From Octopus vulgaris (taxonomy: Eukaryota), in assembly GCA_951406725.2 (NCBI GenBank), contig OX597814.1, positions 128,650,001 to 128,714,000 on the forward strand: DNA of 64,000 nucleotides. Reading direction: 5' to 3'. Below the pieces are notes generated by a model that made no database searches, had not been told where the DNA came from, and saw only the letters and a list, made by a program, of their open reading frames with translations. The first letter of the stretch is position 1, and each line of letters starts with the position of its first letter. A program made the position numbers and the translations under genes. This document shows positions 52,463 through 64,000 of the stretch, piece after piece.

Positions 52463-55294
52463 TTATTATTATTATTATTATTACTTTTAGTTTCTTCTTT
52501 CAAATTTGCTTCCATTTCTTGCCGAGTGTCTTCCCGACTCCTAGGGCAAAGAAACTCATAGTATACATTGGTAGGCCATTAAACCAAACTCAATAGTTCG
52601 TTCATTTTTTTTTTTTAAGTTAAATTAAAATACATGAGCAGCAACAGTTCTCACATCGACAATGCTCTTCTCAATACGTGTGATGTACCAGTTAAGACAA
52701 TCTTTTGCACTTCTTGCAGGGATGGTAAGCCAGGGATCATTCTCATATAATTTTTGGTTCCCTTCTTGATCATTCCTAGTGCTCCTACGATCACTGGTAT
52801 TGTGACCGCCTTGAGATGCCACATTTTCTCAATTTCAATGAGTAGGTCTTTATATTTTCTGAGCTTGTCAAACTCTTTTGCTGAGATATTATGATCACAG
52901 GGGATGCTCATGTCGATCAATAAGCAAACTTTATTGTTTTGGTCTTTCACAACAATATCTGGTTTATTGGCCTTGATGGTTCGGTCTGTATGTACTGGAA
53001 AGTCCCACAGAATGGTTACATTTTCTCCTTCAGTTACAGCCTCAGGGTGGTGATTATACCACTTGTCGGCAGTTTTGATATTGTAATGCCGACTTATTAG
53101 CCAGTGTAGATATTGGCCAACTCTGTCATGTCTTAATTTATACTCCACTGGTGCTAAGACTTTACATCCAGAGATTAGGTGGTCCACTGTTTCAATCATG
53201 TCGTTGCAGAATCGGCATTTTGGGTCTGCTCCATTTTTCATCACATTGGCCTGGTAGTTCCGGGTTAATAGGCTTTGATCTTGAGCAGCCAGGATGAAAC
53301 CTTTGCTCTCTGCTTTTAGCCCTGAGCTCCGTAGCCACTGATGGGTTTGCTTCTGGTCAACATCAGCTTGTTTGCTGCGGGTCACATATTTGCCGTGCAG
53401 AGGTTTCTCCTCCCACCTATCAGCCAATTGCTCGTGCGCTTTTTTCGTTGCCATCATTTTCACCTTCTTTGCAACAATAGTTGCCGTACTTCCCTCGGGT
53501 TGTTCAGTTTGGGTATCCTGCACGAGATCAATAGCAAATTTTTTGCTTTCCTTTATGATAAAATGAAGCTTCTTTCATCTCTCATGATTTTCCACGAGCT
53601 TTAGCATCCATTCATTCGATATTTCGAGATATTTGGCCAGTCCAATTGTGGTTGTTTTGTAAGCTAGTTCAAATTGGATCAGGCCTCGACCTCCTTGGGC
53701 TCTGGGAAGGTAAAGGCGATCTACGTCTGCCTTTGGGTGGTGCATCCTATTACAACTCAGCAGCTTGCGTATTTTCCTATCTATATTCTTTACTTCACTC
53801 ATATTCCAGTTCAACACATTGTAGCTATAAGTAACAACTGGAACTGCTAAGGAATTTATAGCTAACACCTTGTTACGTGCATTTAGTTCAGATTTCAGGA
53901 CTGCACGAACTCTCCTATAACATTCCTTCCTGATCTTCTCTTTCATGCTTGCATGCTGAATACCAGAGCCTTCATTTATCCCTAAATATTTGTATGTTTG
54001 TTCTTGCTCAAGCTCTCTTATGACTGTGTCAACATCTAACACGACTGAATTTGTGGTCTTCACATTCCCTTTCTGGAAAGTGGCCTTGGCACACTTCTCA
54101 AGTCCAAACTCCATCCCGATGTCATCGCTGAATGCTTTCACGGTGCGCAATAGGCCTTCAAGTTCATTATTGTCTTTACCATAAAGTTTTAAGTCATCCA
54201 TATAAAATAGATGGCTTATTTTTTTATTGGCAATTTTATACCCATACCCTGTTCTGTTTAATTCACTTGTAAGGGGTATTAGGGCTATGCAGAATATTAA
54301 AGGTGAAAGTGAGTCACCTTGAAAAATTCCACAGTTGATGTTTATATTTTCTGAGGCAAGTACTCCATTAGAGTGGTATAATTGGAGATTCGTATTCCAC
54401 AACGACATATTGTGCTTCAGGAAGTTTGAAATCACAGGGGAAATTTTGAAGATGTCCAGCGATCTCAAGATCCATGGATGCGGTATACTGTCGAAGGCCT
54501 TTTTATAGTCAATCCATGCGGTGCTGAGATTTCTGCACTTGTTGTGACAGTTCTCAAGGATCATATGATTGATTAGCAGTTGATCTTTGCATCCGTAAGA
54601 GCCTCGGCGGCACCCTTTTTGTTCAATGGGGAAAATATCGTTCTTCTCCATGAATGCATATGTTTTCTCCGCCAGGATAGATGTTAGGATTTTATACGTG
54701 GTGGATAGACAGGTTATAGGCCGATAGTTTTTTGGAAGGTTGGTTTCGTTATTCTTTGGGAGTAGGTAAGTAATGCTACTTGCTAACCATTCAGGTGTTT
54801 TCTTTGGGTCTCTCATAATTCCATTGAGCAGCTGAACTAGCTTACCATGTGCGCATGGGAGCGATGCGAGCCAGAAATTCGGCACCCTATCTTTACCGGG
54901 GGATTTCCAATTATGGGCCTTCATGAGTGCCTTTCTTAGGTCTGCTATTGTGATGTCTTCCCATGCTTGTTGTTGTAAATTTTGGTAGGATCCTTCAGTT
55001 TGTATAATCCAGTCTGCATTTATGTTGTACGTCTTCTTGTCACTCCAAATCCTTTTCCAAAAGTTTTGAACTTCTTCCATGGGAGGGGGGTCTTTAATGG
55101 TTACTTTCTCCTTCCCTATTTCTCTGTAGAATTTTTTGGCATTGGATGTGAACAGCTTATTTTGCTTGTAAAACTTGTTTCTCTTCTCAAATCTTCGTAT
55201 TCTTTGGGCTTTTGCTTGGACTTTTTGTTTCAGCGTTTCTTTTATTGATATCAGTTCTTCTCTTGGTGAGGATCCAAATTTTCTCTTCATCTTT
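52463..55294 (-). mobile_element. R4/Dong-clade non-LTR retrotransposon (RT + CCHC + RLE); 5' end lost in the assembly gap
   Basis: Long ORF, ~170-bp 3'UTR and (TAA)7 at the 3' junction. Confidence 0.9.
52651..55294 (-). pseudogene. RT/RLE-endonuclease polyprotein, ~880 codons with a single in-frame TGA at 53575-53577
   Basis: NYRPITCL, DYKKAFDS, GIFQGDSLSPL, YMDDL, YKYLG, RLYLPRAQGGRGL; CRFC-X8-H-X4-C; RHD; KPDIVV...LIDMSIP...KY. The two listed ORFs are in the same frame (offset 924). Confidence 0.9.
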
Positions 55295-55394
55295 NNNNNN
55301 NNNNNNNNNNNNNNNNNNNNNNNNNNNNNNNNNNNNNNNNNNNNNNNNNNNNNNNNNNNNNNNNNNNNNNNNNNNNNNNNNNNNNNNNNNNNNN
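55295..55394. other. Assembly gap (100 N placeholder)
   Basis: Run of N. Confidence 1.
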
Positions 55395-55657
55395 GAGTAG
55401 GGTCATATGCTAAGAATTGGTCATCATTTTCAACAGTATGGGGCAAAATCTTATCAGGGCTTTATAAGCTTTTACAACAGAAGTTAATATAATTCTTGAA
55501 AGGATGCAGACAAATTACTAATAAGTTTAAGAAGTTATATCAAATATATATATTGATAGAAATGGTAAGACAACAAAAGAATGAAAGAGACCTTGATATT
55601 ATGTAAATAGAGGAATTTATCTGTAAATGTTATTTGTGACAGTTATTCGATAGCCAT

Positions 55658-55720
55658 GATACAACTCCGAGTTTCGGATGCCGGGGTGGAAACCTGCACC
55701 AGCATCTCTTCAGTTATTGG
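55658..55720 (-). ncRNA. Degenerate hammerhead ribozyme motif in a TA-flanked insert (55552-55772)
   Basis: Minus strand: CTGAAGA-gatgctgg...ccggcatc-c-GAAA-ctcggag-TT; 8-bp stem II, stem III actc/gagt, weak stem I. Confidence 0.55.
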
Positions 55721-55770
55721 GCCATCAAAAAATGCTATGATTTTTCATAATTGTCACATATTACATTTAC

Positions 55771-55816
<46 letters not shown>

Positions 55817-55819
<3 letters not shown>

Positions 55820-56279
55820 TTCAAATGAATATGGTACTTAAGTTGAGGCACCAGAATTTACTACAATATTATCCATGCAATTTCAAAGTAAGGTGATTAA
55901 AATTATAATAAACAACAAGGATATCCAGAGGTAATGTAGTACGATCGTTTCATGCAACTCCATTTAATTGAACATTACAATCATTACATCAATTTAAAAT
56001 GTAGAGCAATCTTTAGCTCACAAAGCCATAGACTTTAATTAAATTAGAACAGATGGACACATTAGTATAATTATACCTTAACTTCTTGGAAATTTTAGGT
56101 ATAATTATACTAATGTGTCCATCTGTTCAAATTTAATTAAGTTTTATGTTTTTGTGCAGCTGAAGAGTGCTCTACATTTTAAATTGATGTAATGATTGCA
56201 TTGTTCAATTAAATGGAGCTGCATGAAACGATTGTACTGCATTACCTCAGGATATCCTTGTTGCTTATTTTGATTTTAT
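55817..56279. mobile_element. Foldback element (arms ~55898-56080 / 56095-56279) in (TA)n, with a hammerhead motif in each arm
   Basis: ~180-bp inverted arms read directly; (TA)n on both sides. Confidence 0.7.
56154..56242 (+). ncRNA. Type I hammerhead ribozyme with long stem II loop
   Basis: Stem I gtgcag/ctgcat, CTGAAGA, stem II gtgc/gcat, GAAA, stem III acgattgt (perfect palindrome acgatcgt in the other arm), GUA triplet. Confidence 0.7.
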
Positions 56280-56626
56280 ATATATATATAAGTAAATGCA
56301 TATGTGAGTGTGTATATCGTTGTGTCTTTGACTTTTGACCTAACATGATAGCTGTAAATGAGTGTCCCTGTCATATAAGCAGAGTCATTCATTTCCAATT
56401 TTCTGTGAGAACATGTCTGATTTTGGGGAAATATTATCTTGTTTGGAAACAGGTGAGGGTTGCTGACAGGAAGGGTATCTGGCTGTAGAATATCTGCCTC
56501 TGATAAACTCTGTCTGATCCATGGAGCATGGAAAAATGGGTGCTAAATGATGAGGATGTATCTTCATCTATGTCTATAGCTAACTGTAGAAGCATGTTTA
56601 TGTACATACATACATACATGCATACA

Positions 56627-57182
56627 TGATGGCCGCCCCCTCGTTATTGAGTATGGCCATTGCACAAGGCTTAACTGTTATCAGTGCTGTGATTGAATGT
56701 GACTTTTTAGCCCAGCTAAAGATCTACAATGTCTTGTACAGAATTGGCAGCTAAAACCTTTACCGGTAATAGCCTGCTGTAGTTGTAACTGGGCTTCATG
56801 TACCTTTACATGCTGAATTACACTCCCTTCAACAGATATGATTAGTATGGTGTGTAACACCACCACCGGTGGCCTGCTTGTCAATCATCTGTCTCGCTTT
56901 ATGACTACGAAGATGACTCTCAAGGCAGGGTCCTGCACAGGCACTGCATATCAGCGTCATAGGAAGACTCTTACCATCTGGAAGTGCAACAGCGATGCCT
57001 TTCCTGATATCCCTCTTTTCTTTCTCATGCACAACTCGAGATTTCTCAAAAGTAGCTGTCCCCTTCTCTGCACAATCCTTCTCCACCTGCTACGGTCAAT
57101 AGCTATGCCCTCCCATATGTCAGGTGAGATGCAAGCATCTCTTAAGGAGGCCTTCAGCAAGTCCTTATACCTCTTTTTTGGT
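56627..57182 (-). pseudogene. RTE-clade LINE C-terminus with C2H2-type fingers
   Basis: LKASL..ACI.PD.WE.IA.DRSRWR, ICSAC...SHLRSH and FSCQFCTRHCRSLAGLKSHIQSQH. Confidence 0.75.
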
Positions 57183-58092
57183 TACATACATACATATAAT
57201 TTTCTTGATTTTGTTTCTTTTCTCTCTTTCCAGCTTTTGTACTAACCTTCTTCACATTTTTTCCCTGTTTCTTTTTCGTTTTTCTTACTATCCAGTGTCC
57301 TTATCTTTAAAATATATATAATGCATAAAAGAGCCTGATGTCTGTTTTAACATACATGGCATATGCCTATTCAAGTATCATAATGGCATGAAACTATTAG
57401 TACCTTTTTTGGTTGTGTATTTGAATTGATATATATATATATATATATAGAAGAAGCTATCCTATTTTATCCCTTCACACCATTTTATTAATTGTCCAAC
57501 GGTGATTCTAATTAACTAAAATAAATGAAGTTGGGTTTGAATTTTGCATTTCTTTTTTTGGCATGTATTGAAGATCAAAACCAAGTTCAGATAAATTTTG
57601 GACCAAATAAATTAATAAATAAGATTATTAAAAATTAAATAAAAATAAAATTTCTTTCTAATTTTATCCCAATTTTTTTTCTTATTTCATGTAATTGAAT
57701 ATGAAACATTAGCTTCACACCCCACAAAAAAAAATCCTTATTTGCTAATAATCTTACGATGTATGAGTTAATAGAAATAAATGAAGAAATAAACCAATTT
57801 CAAAGACAAAGGACGTAAAGAAGAACCAAGAAAAATTAATAAATAAAAATTTTTTTAAAAATGAATAATTGACCAAATTCTATTTTTTTTCATTTAATTA
57901 ATTATTCCCTTTGAATCTCTGGTTTTTACATTTTCTCCCAAAATTTCAAAGGGTGGCAATTAAAAATACAGCCATTATAAATTCTTAGTAAGATTACGTG
58001 CAAGATGGAGTGCAGAGTAAAAACAGAGAGCTGAGTTCACAAGCTGATGTTCATTCTCAGTTTTTCTATCACTTATACTCCTAATATTCTTA

Positions 58093-58478
58093 CTCTTTAC
58101 TCTTTTACTGGTTTCAGTCATTTGACTGTGGCCATGCTGGAGCATGGTTCCAGGTTCAGTCCCACTGCATGGCACCTTGGGCAGTTGTCTTCTGCTGTAG
58201 CCTTGGGCCAACCAAAGACTTGTGAGTGGATTTGTAAGAAGCCTGTCACATATATATGTGTGTGTGTGTGTGTTTACATGTTTGTGTTTGTTCCCCTACC
58301 ATCGCTTGACAACTGATGTTGGTGTGTTTACATACCCGTAACTTAGCAGTTCAGCAAAAGAGACCGATAAAATAAGTTCTAGGCTTACAAAGAATAAGTC
58401 CTAGGGCTGATTTGTTCAACTAAAGGCAGTGCTCCAGCATGGACACAGGTAAATGACTGAAACAAGTAAAAGAATAAA
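58093..58478 (+). mobile_element. SINE family A whose head is replaced by an inverted 3' tail
   Basis: 58093-58143 is the reverse complement of the family A tail. Confidence 0.75.
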
Positions 58479-58611
58479 TGAATAGCAAGTTTGAAGCCAA
58501 TATGACTAATCACAAACAAAGGAAGAGGCACTGTAGGGTATCTTCTTTGATATTTTACTTGATTCAGCCATTGGGCTGTGGCCATGCTGGGGCACTGTCT
58601 AGAAGGGTATA

Positions 58612-59112
58612 AATAAATGCACCCTTTTAAAGCTTAGCCAGGATCATGGGCCCGGTTTCCTGGTTTCAATGGCGCATGTGTTCCCCAGCTGGACAGGACG
58701 CCAGTCCATTGCAGCGTTTCTCATTTTTGCCAGCTGAGTGGACTGAAACAAAGTGAAATGAAGTGTTTTGCTCAAGAACACAACGTGTTGCCCGGTCCAG
58801 GATTTGAAACCACAATCTTACGATTATGATGCTGACACCCCAACCACTAAGCCATGCGCCTCCACAAAATAAATGCGCTCTTTTAATGCCTAGCCAGGCT
58901 CATGGGCCCAGTTTCCCGGTTTCTATGGCGTATGTGTTCCTCAGCTGGATGGGATGCCAGTCCATCGCAGCACCACTCACTTTTGCCAGCTGAGTGGATT
59001 GGAGCAACGTGAAATGAAGTGTTTTGCTCAAGAATACAACACTTTGCCTGGTCCAGGAATCAATCTTATGATCATGATGCTGACACCCTAACCACTAAGC
59101 CATGCGCCTCCA
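58612..59112 (-). mobile_element. tRNA-headed SINE family F (V-domain-like), tandem dimer inside a minus-strand SINE A (58550-59457)
   Basis: GGAGGCGCATGGCTTAGTGG head and CTGCGATGGACTGGC.TCCC.TCCAG domain; CTAGAAGGGT is duplicated at 58599 and 59116. Confidence 0.8.
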
Positions 59113-59252
59113 CCCTAGAAGGGTGTATTTGAACAAATTGATCCCAGTACTTGTGTTTAAGTCTGGTTCTTATTCTATTGGCCTCTGCTAAGTTATGGAA
59201 ATGTAAACAAACCAACGCTTGTTTCAAGTGGAGGAGGAGGACAAATGGAAAG

Positions 59253-59288
<36 letters not shown>

Positions 59289-59775
59289 CAGATGACAGGC
59301 TCCCACATAATTTCTGTCTTTCAAATGCTCACAAGGCACTGGTCGGCTCAGGACTATAGTTAAAGACTCTTCTCCAAGGTACTGCGTAATGAGATTGAAC
59401 CTGAAGCCATGTGGTTGCAAAACAAGCTTCTTAATCATATGACCATACCTGCACCTATCGAAATTTCTTTTTTTAGAAATCTGTGCATTTATTTATAAAA
59501 TGGAATCAACCATTCCACAGTGAAGTGGAACCTGCTGTCATCTAAGCAGACTAAGACAGTTGTATATCTTACTAAAGAATATATGCAATATATACAATTG
59601 CTTTAGTAAGCAATAAAGTTTGAGCTCACCAGGTGATCAAGAGCTTAATATCAAAACACTATAAATTCATACAGTGTAGGCTTTGCTAAAAATATGTTGG
59701 TGTGAATAGTAAGCAAGGATTCATTCCGTCAGTGATAATTCACAACCTTTGGCCTATTGGGATCCTGCCTCTGAT

Positions 59776-59856
59776 TCTACTACTACTACTACTACTACTA
59801 CTACAACCACCACCACCACCATCACCACCACCACCACCACCACCACCACCACCACC

Positions 59857-59915
<59 letters not shown>

Positions 59916-60032
59916 CATTACTATTACTACTATCACTACCAACACCACCACCACCACCGCTGCTGCTGTTGCTGCTGCCACCACCACCACCATCACTACT
60001 ACTACTATTACTACTACTGCTTCTGCTGCTGC
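59776..60032. repeat. Compound (ACT)/(ACC)/(GCT)n repeat
   Basis: Read directly. Confidence 0.95.
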
Positions 60033-60273
60033 TGAGGTGTTTTCTCTTTTGAATTCTACTGATGTGGCAATTTCCCTTATCTCTCATTCATACAGGTTTC
60101 CACCCAATGAACTATTAAATTAAAACAATGCATCTTTTTCTTCCCATTTAAAACAATGTCCCACAAGAACACTTCAACCTTTGCTTTTTAAACCATTGTT
60201 TAAATGAGAGACTATCTATGAGGGTACATTAACCCCAACCAAGGGTCATTTTGCTTCTGTATGACCAATACCA

Positions 60274-60446
60274 CACTAGGGTAGCTAGAGTGTGTGTTGC
60301 GTGGGGCAGCTCTTCCGTTTGCTGCCCCCTGGACCCCACAAAGCCATATTACCTATAGCAAGATCTAAAAGTGCCACCTCTTTAAAAGGTCCGCATGGGG
60401 CAGACCACCCCTACACCCCCAAACCCACCCACCAGCTATGCTAGTG
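60274..60446. mobile_element. Small MITE-like element
   Basis: Imperfect TIRs CACTAGGGTAGCT / AGCTATGCTAGTG; no clear TSD. Confidence 0.45.
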
Positions 60447-60456
60447 ACTCTACTCT

Positions 60457-60684
60457 TATTTCGCTATTGCCCACAAGGGGCTAAACATAGAGGGGACAAA
60501 CAAGGACAGACAAAGGGATTAAGTCGATTACATTGACCCCAGTACTTGATTGGTACTTTATTATTGACCCTGAAAGGGTGAAAGACAAAGTTGACCTTGG
60601 CGGAATTTGAACTCAGAATGTAATGGCAGACAAAATACCGCTAAGCATTTAGCCCAGTGTGCTAATGTTTCTGCCAGCTCGCCA
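60457..60684 (-). mobile_element. SINE family B with 10-bp TSD
   Basis: ACTCTACTCT on both sides. Confidence 0.9.
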
Positions 60685-61219
60685 ACTCTACTCTATCATA
60701 TGAAATCTCTCACTTTTACCAAAATAACCTTCAATCGTGGCTGAGAAATGAACTTATTCAAAATAGAATGGTTTCAAATTTTGGCACAATGACAGTTATT
60801 TTGAGGGGTGGGGCTTAGTTGGTCAAGTCAGCTCCAGAGCTCAATACATACTTATTTTATTGTCCATGGAGGGATGGAAAGCAAAAGTTGAGCTCAGCAG
60901 ACCTTGAAGTCAGAATATAAAGAACTGAAAGAAATGCTACTAAAAATATTGCCTGGTGCTCTACCAGTTCATTACCTTCTTAAAGAAAGTAACAATTCTT
61001 TCTAATTTTTTATTCAGGTTCAGTAATATTGAGGGAGCGTGGCAAGTCGATTACATTGACCCCAGTACTTGATTGGTACTTTATTCATTGACCCAGAAAG
61101 GATGAAAGGCAAAGTTGATCTCAGTGGAATTTGAACTCAAAATGTAGAGAGTCAGAAGAAATGCCAATAAAGTATTTTTACCAACACTCTAATGAGTCTG
61201 CCAGGTCATTGCTTCCTTA

Positions 61220-61620
61220 ATCATCATTTAACGTCTGCTTTCCATGCTAGCATGGGTTGGACAGTTTGACTGAGGGCTGGCGAACCAGATGGCTGCACCA
61301 GGCTCCAATCTTGATCTGGCAGAGTTTCTACAGCTGGATGCCCTTCCTAACACCAACCACTCCAAGAATGTAGTGGGTGCTTTTATGTGCCACCGACATG
61401 GGGGCTAGTCAGGTGGTACTGGCAACTATCTCACTCGAATCTTTTTACACATGTCACCGGCACAGGTGCCAGTAAGGTGATGCTGGTAACGATCACACTC
61501 GAATGGTGCCTTTTACATGCCACCGGCACAGAAACCAGTTAGCCGCTCTGGCAACAATCACGCTCGGACAGTGTTCTTAGCACCCTACTAGCACGGGGCA
61601 CAAGTGCTAGTAAGGCGAAT
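61220..61620 (-). mobile_element. RTE 3'UTR remnant with tandem units
   Basis: Reverse complement of family C. Confidence 0.85.
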
Positions 61621-62371
61621 AATCCTTTCTACTATAGGTACAAGGCCCAGAATTTTGGGGGAGAGGGCTAGATGATTACATTGACCTCAGTGCTTGACTG
61701 GTGCTTAATTTAATGATCCAGAAAGGATGAAGGGCAAAGTCAACCTCGGAGGAACATGAAGTCAGAATGTAAAACTGGATGAGATGCTGCTGAGCACTTA
61801 TGGTCTGATTCTCTAACGCAGTGGTTCTTGAACTCGAGGAGCTCAGATGTCTTTAACGGTTTTGACTCCAGGTTCATGCTCTTGTTTACCTTGATAATCA
61901 TGCTAGCTATATGACACATAGATCCCATCCTTTTATTGAGACATGCAAAGGTCATGAAGGCTGCACCTCTTCTGACTAAATTATTTATAAAATGCTTGTC
62001 AAACAACTTCAAAACTAAGAACTGAATAATATTATGACATATTGATATTAAAATCTGCAGTTTGTCTGCATTTATATTTACTTTGTGACTGGAAATTGCT
62101 TGATTTGATGTATAAATAAATCTTGTAATTTTCATGTTTTTATTTGGATTAAATTGCATAGATCTGTCTTTTATTTAGCCATGTTTTTAGGGAACATGCT
62201 TGCAAAAATATATATATATATATATATATACATACCCCACACGTATACATACACACACATGCATGCATGTATGTACATATGTTCGCATGTGCGTATGTAT
62301 GTATGTATGTATGTATGTATGTATGTATGTATGTATGTATGTATGTATGTGTGTGTGTCTGTATGGTAAGT

Positions 62372-62549
62372 GGGTGTAGGAGTGGCTGTGTGGTAAGTAG
62401 CTTGCTTACCAACCACATGGTTCCAGGTTCAGTCCCACTGCATGGCACCTTGGGCAAATGTCTTCTACTATAATCTCGGGCCGACCAAAGCCTTGTGAGT
62501 GGATTTGGTAGACAGAAACTGAAAGAAGCCCGTTGTATATATGCATATA

Positions 62550-62608
<59 letters not shown>

Positions 62609-62832
62609 ATATATTTGTGTGTCTGTGTTTGTCCCTCCACCATCGCTTGACAACCAATGCTGGTGTGTTTACATCCCCGTAACTTAGTGGTTTGGCAAAG
62701 GAAACCAATAGAATAAGTACTAGGCTTTCAAAGAATAAGTCCTGGGGTCGATTTACTCGACTAAAGGCGGTGCTCCAGCATGGCTGCAGTCAAATGACTG
62801 AAACAAGTAAAAGAGTAAAAAAGAGTAAAGAG
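62372..62832 (+). mobile_element. SINE family A, full length
   Basis: Matches the family consensus. Confidence 0.9.
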
Positions 62833-63249
62833 TATATTTTATCATTTCATGTGCATGCACACACACACACATATGAACACACACACACACACACACACGC
62901 AAGTGCATATACATGCACACACTTTGGTGTAATATTTATCAGAGTTGAAATGTATTCAACATACCTGTGTTTCAATTCCTATAGACAAGTCTGTCCACTT
63001 TTCTCCATTTTATGATATATTTGTGAATGTGTGACCAGTTTATTTCAGTTTCTGTCAACCAAATCCACTCACAAGGCTTTTGTCAACTGAAGGCTGTAGT
63101 AGAAGACACTTGCCCAAGGTACCACACAGCAGTTCTGACCCCAGAACCATATGGTTGGGAAGCAAATTTCTTCCACAAAGCCATGCGAGTGAATGTTCTT
63201 AAACCTCAACCACCTATATTACATCAAAGCACACAGACATGGTGATCTG

Positions 63250-63410
63250 GAGTGGCTGTGTGGTAAGTAGCTTGCTTACGAACCACATGGTTCTAGGTTC
63301 AGTCCCACTGCGTGACACCTTGGGCAAGTGTTTCTACTTTAGTTTCGGGTTGACCAAAGCCTTGTGAGTGGATTTGGTAGCCGGAAACTGAAAGAGGCCC
63401 GTTGTAAATA

Positions 63411-63455
<45 letters not shown>

Positions 63456-63812
63456 ACATGTTTGTGTCTATGTTTGTGTTTGTCCCCCCAACATCACTTG
63501 ACAACTGATGCTGGTGTGTTTACGTCCCCGTAACTTAGTGGTGCCTAAATAAAGATGCCAGTGCTGCCTTGACTGGTTCCCGTGCTGGTGTCACATAAAA
63601 AATACCATCCAAACGTGGATGATGCCAGCCCCCTAGGCCCCTGTGCTCGTGGCACTTAAAAAGCACCCACTACACTCTTGGAGTGGTATGTGTTAGGAAG
63701 GGCATCCAGCTGTAGAAACACTTCCAGATCAGATTGGAGCCTCGTGCAGCCTCCTGTCAAACCATCCAGCCCATGCCAGTATGAAAAACGGACATTAAAT
63801 GATGATGATGAT
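63250..63812 (+). mobile_element. 3'-truncated SINE A (63250-63542) abutting an RTE 3'UTR remnant (63550-63812)
   Basis: Matches both family consensuses. Confidence 0.8.
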
Positions 63813-64000
63813 ATATCAGTTGTATAAAGTGGTATTGGGTGCTCGAAGTGAATGGAACCCATTTTCTTTGCTCTACACATCACTTGTAGATGTCAAATCC
63901 AACTTGAGAGCACAATATGTCTTTTGTTGGGTTTCCATGGCTACAGTCTTGGACAGGCTGCATGGTTTGCCAGCCCCACCAAACAGGATGTTTTTACGAG

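Noticed and set aside
53575-53577. In-frame TGA in the LINE ORF as a selenocysteine or programmed readthrough codon
   Set aside because: It lies in a basic linker (HER*KKL), where CGA>TGA decay is the simpler explanation; I identified no SECIS
55395-55446. N-terminus of the listed 623-aa ORF
   Set aside because: It is joined to the RT only through a 100-N placeholder gap, so frame continuity is meaningless

Overview
Eukaryotic, AT-rich, microsatellite-saturated intronic or intergenic DNA. The repeat families suggest an octopus (coleoid cephalopod) genome; this is inferred from repeat content only. No host protein-coding gene is recognisable, and nearly all listed ORFs are microsatellite or SINE artefacts. 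The window is a transposon mosaic. LINEs: a young, near-intact R4/Dong-type element (RT + CCHC + RLE nuclease, one in-frame TGA, cut by a 100-N gap), a decayed Tx1/L1-type element, and RTE and CR1 fragments. Short elements: at least four tRNA-headed SINE families, about 20 RTE 3'UTR remnants with structured 65-70 bp tandem units, two non-autonomous Helitrons, and mariner, pogo and piggyBac MITEs and remnants. The most notable signal is a set of sequence-unrelated, ORF-less elements inserted into (TA)n tracts. They are built as foldbacks or Penelope-style pseudo-LTRs and each carries a minimal hammerhead ribozyme motif (best at 6260-6313; also 56154-56242, 2124-2160 and 55658-55720).
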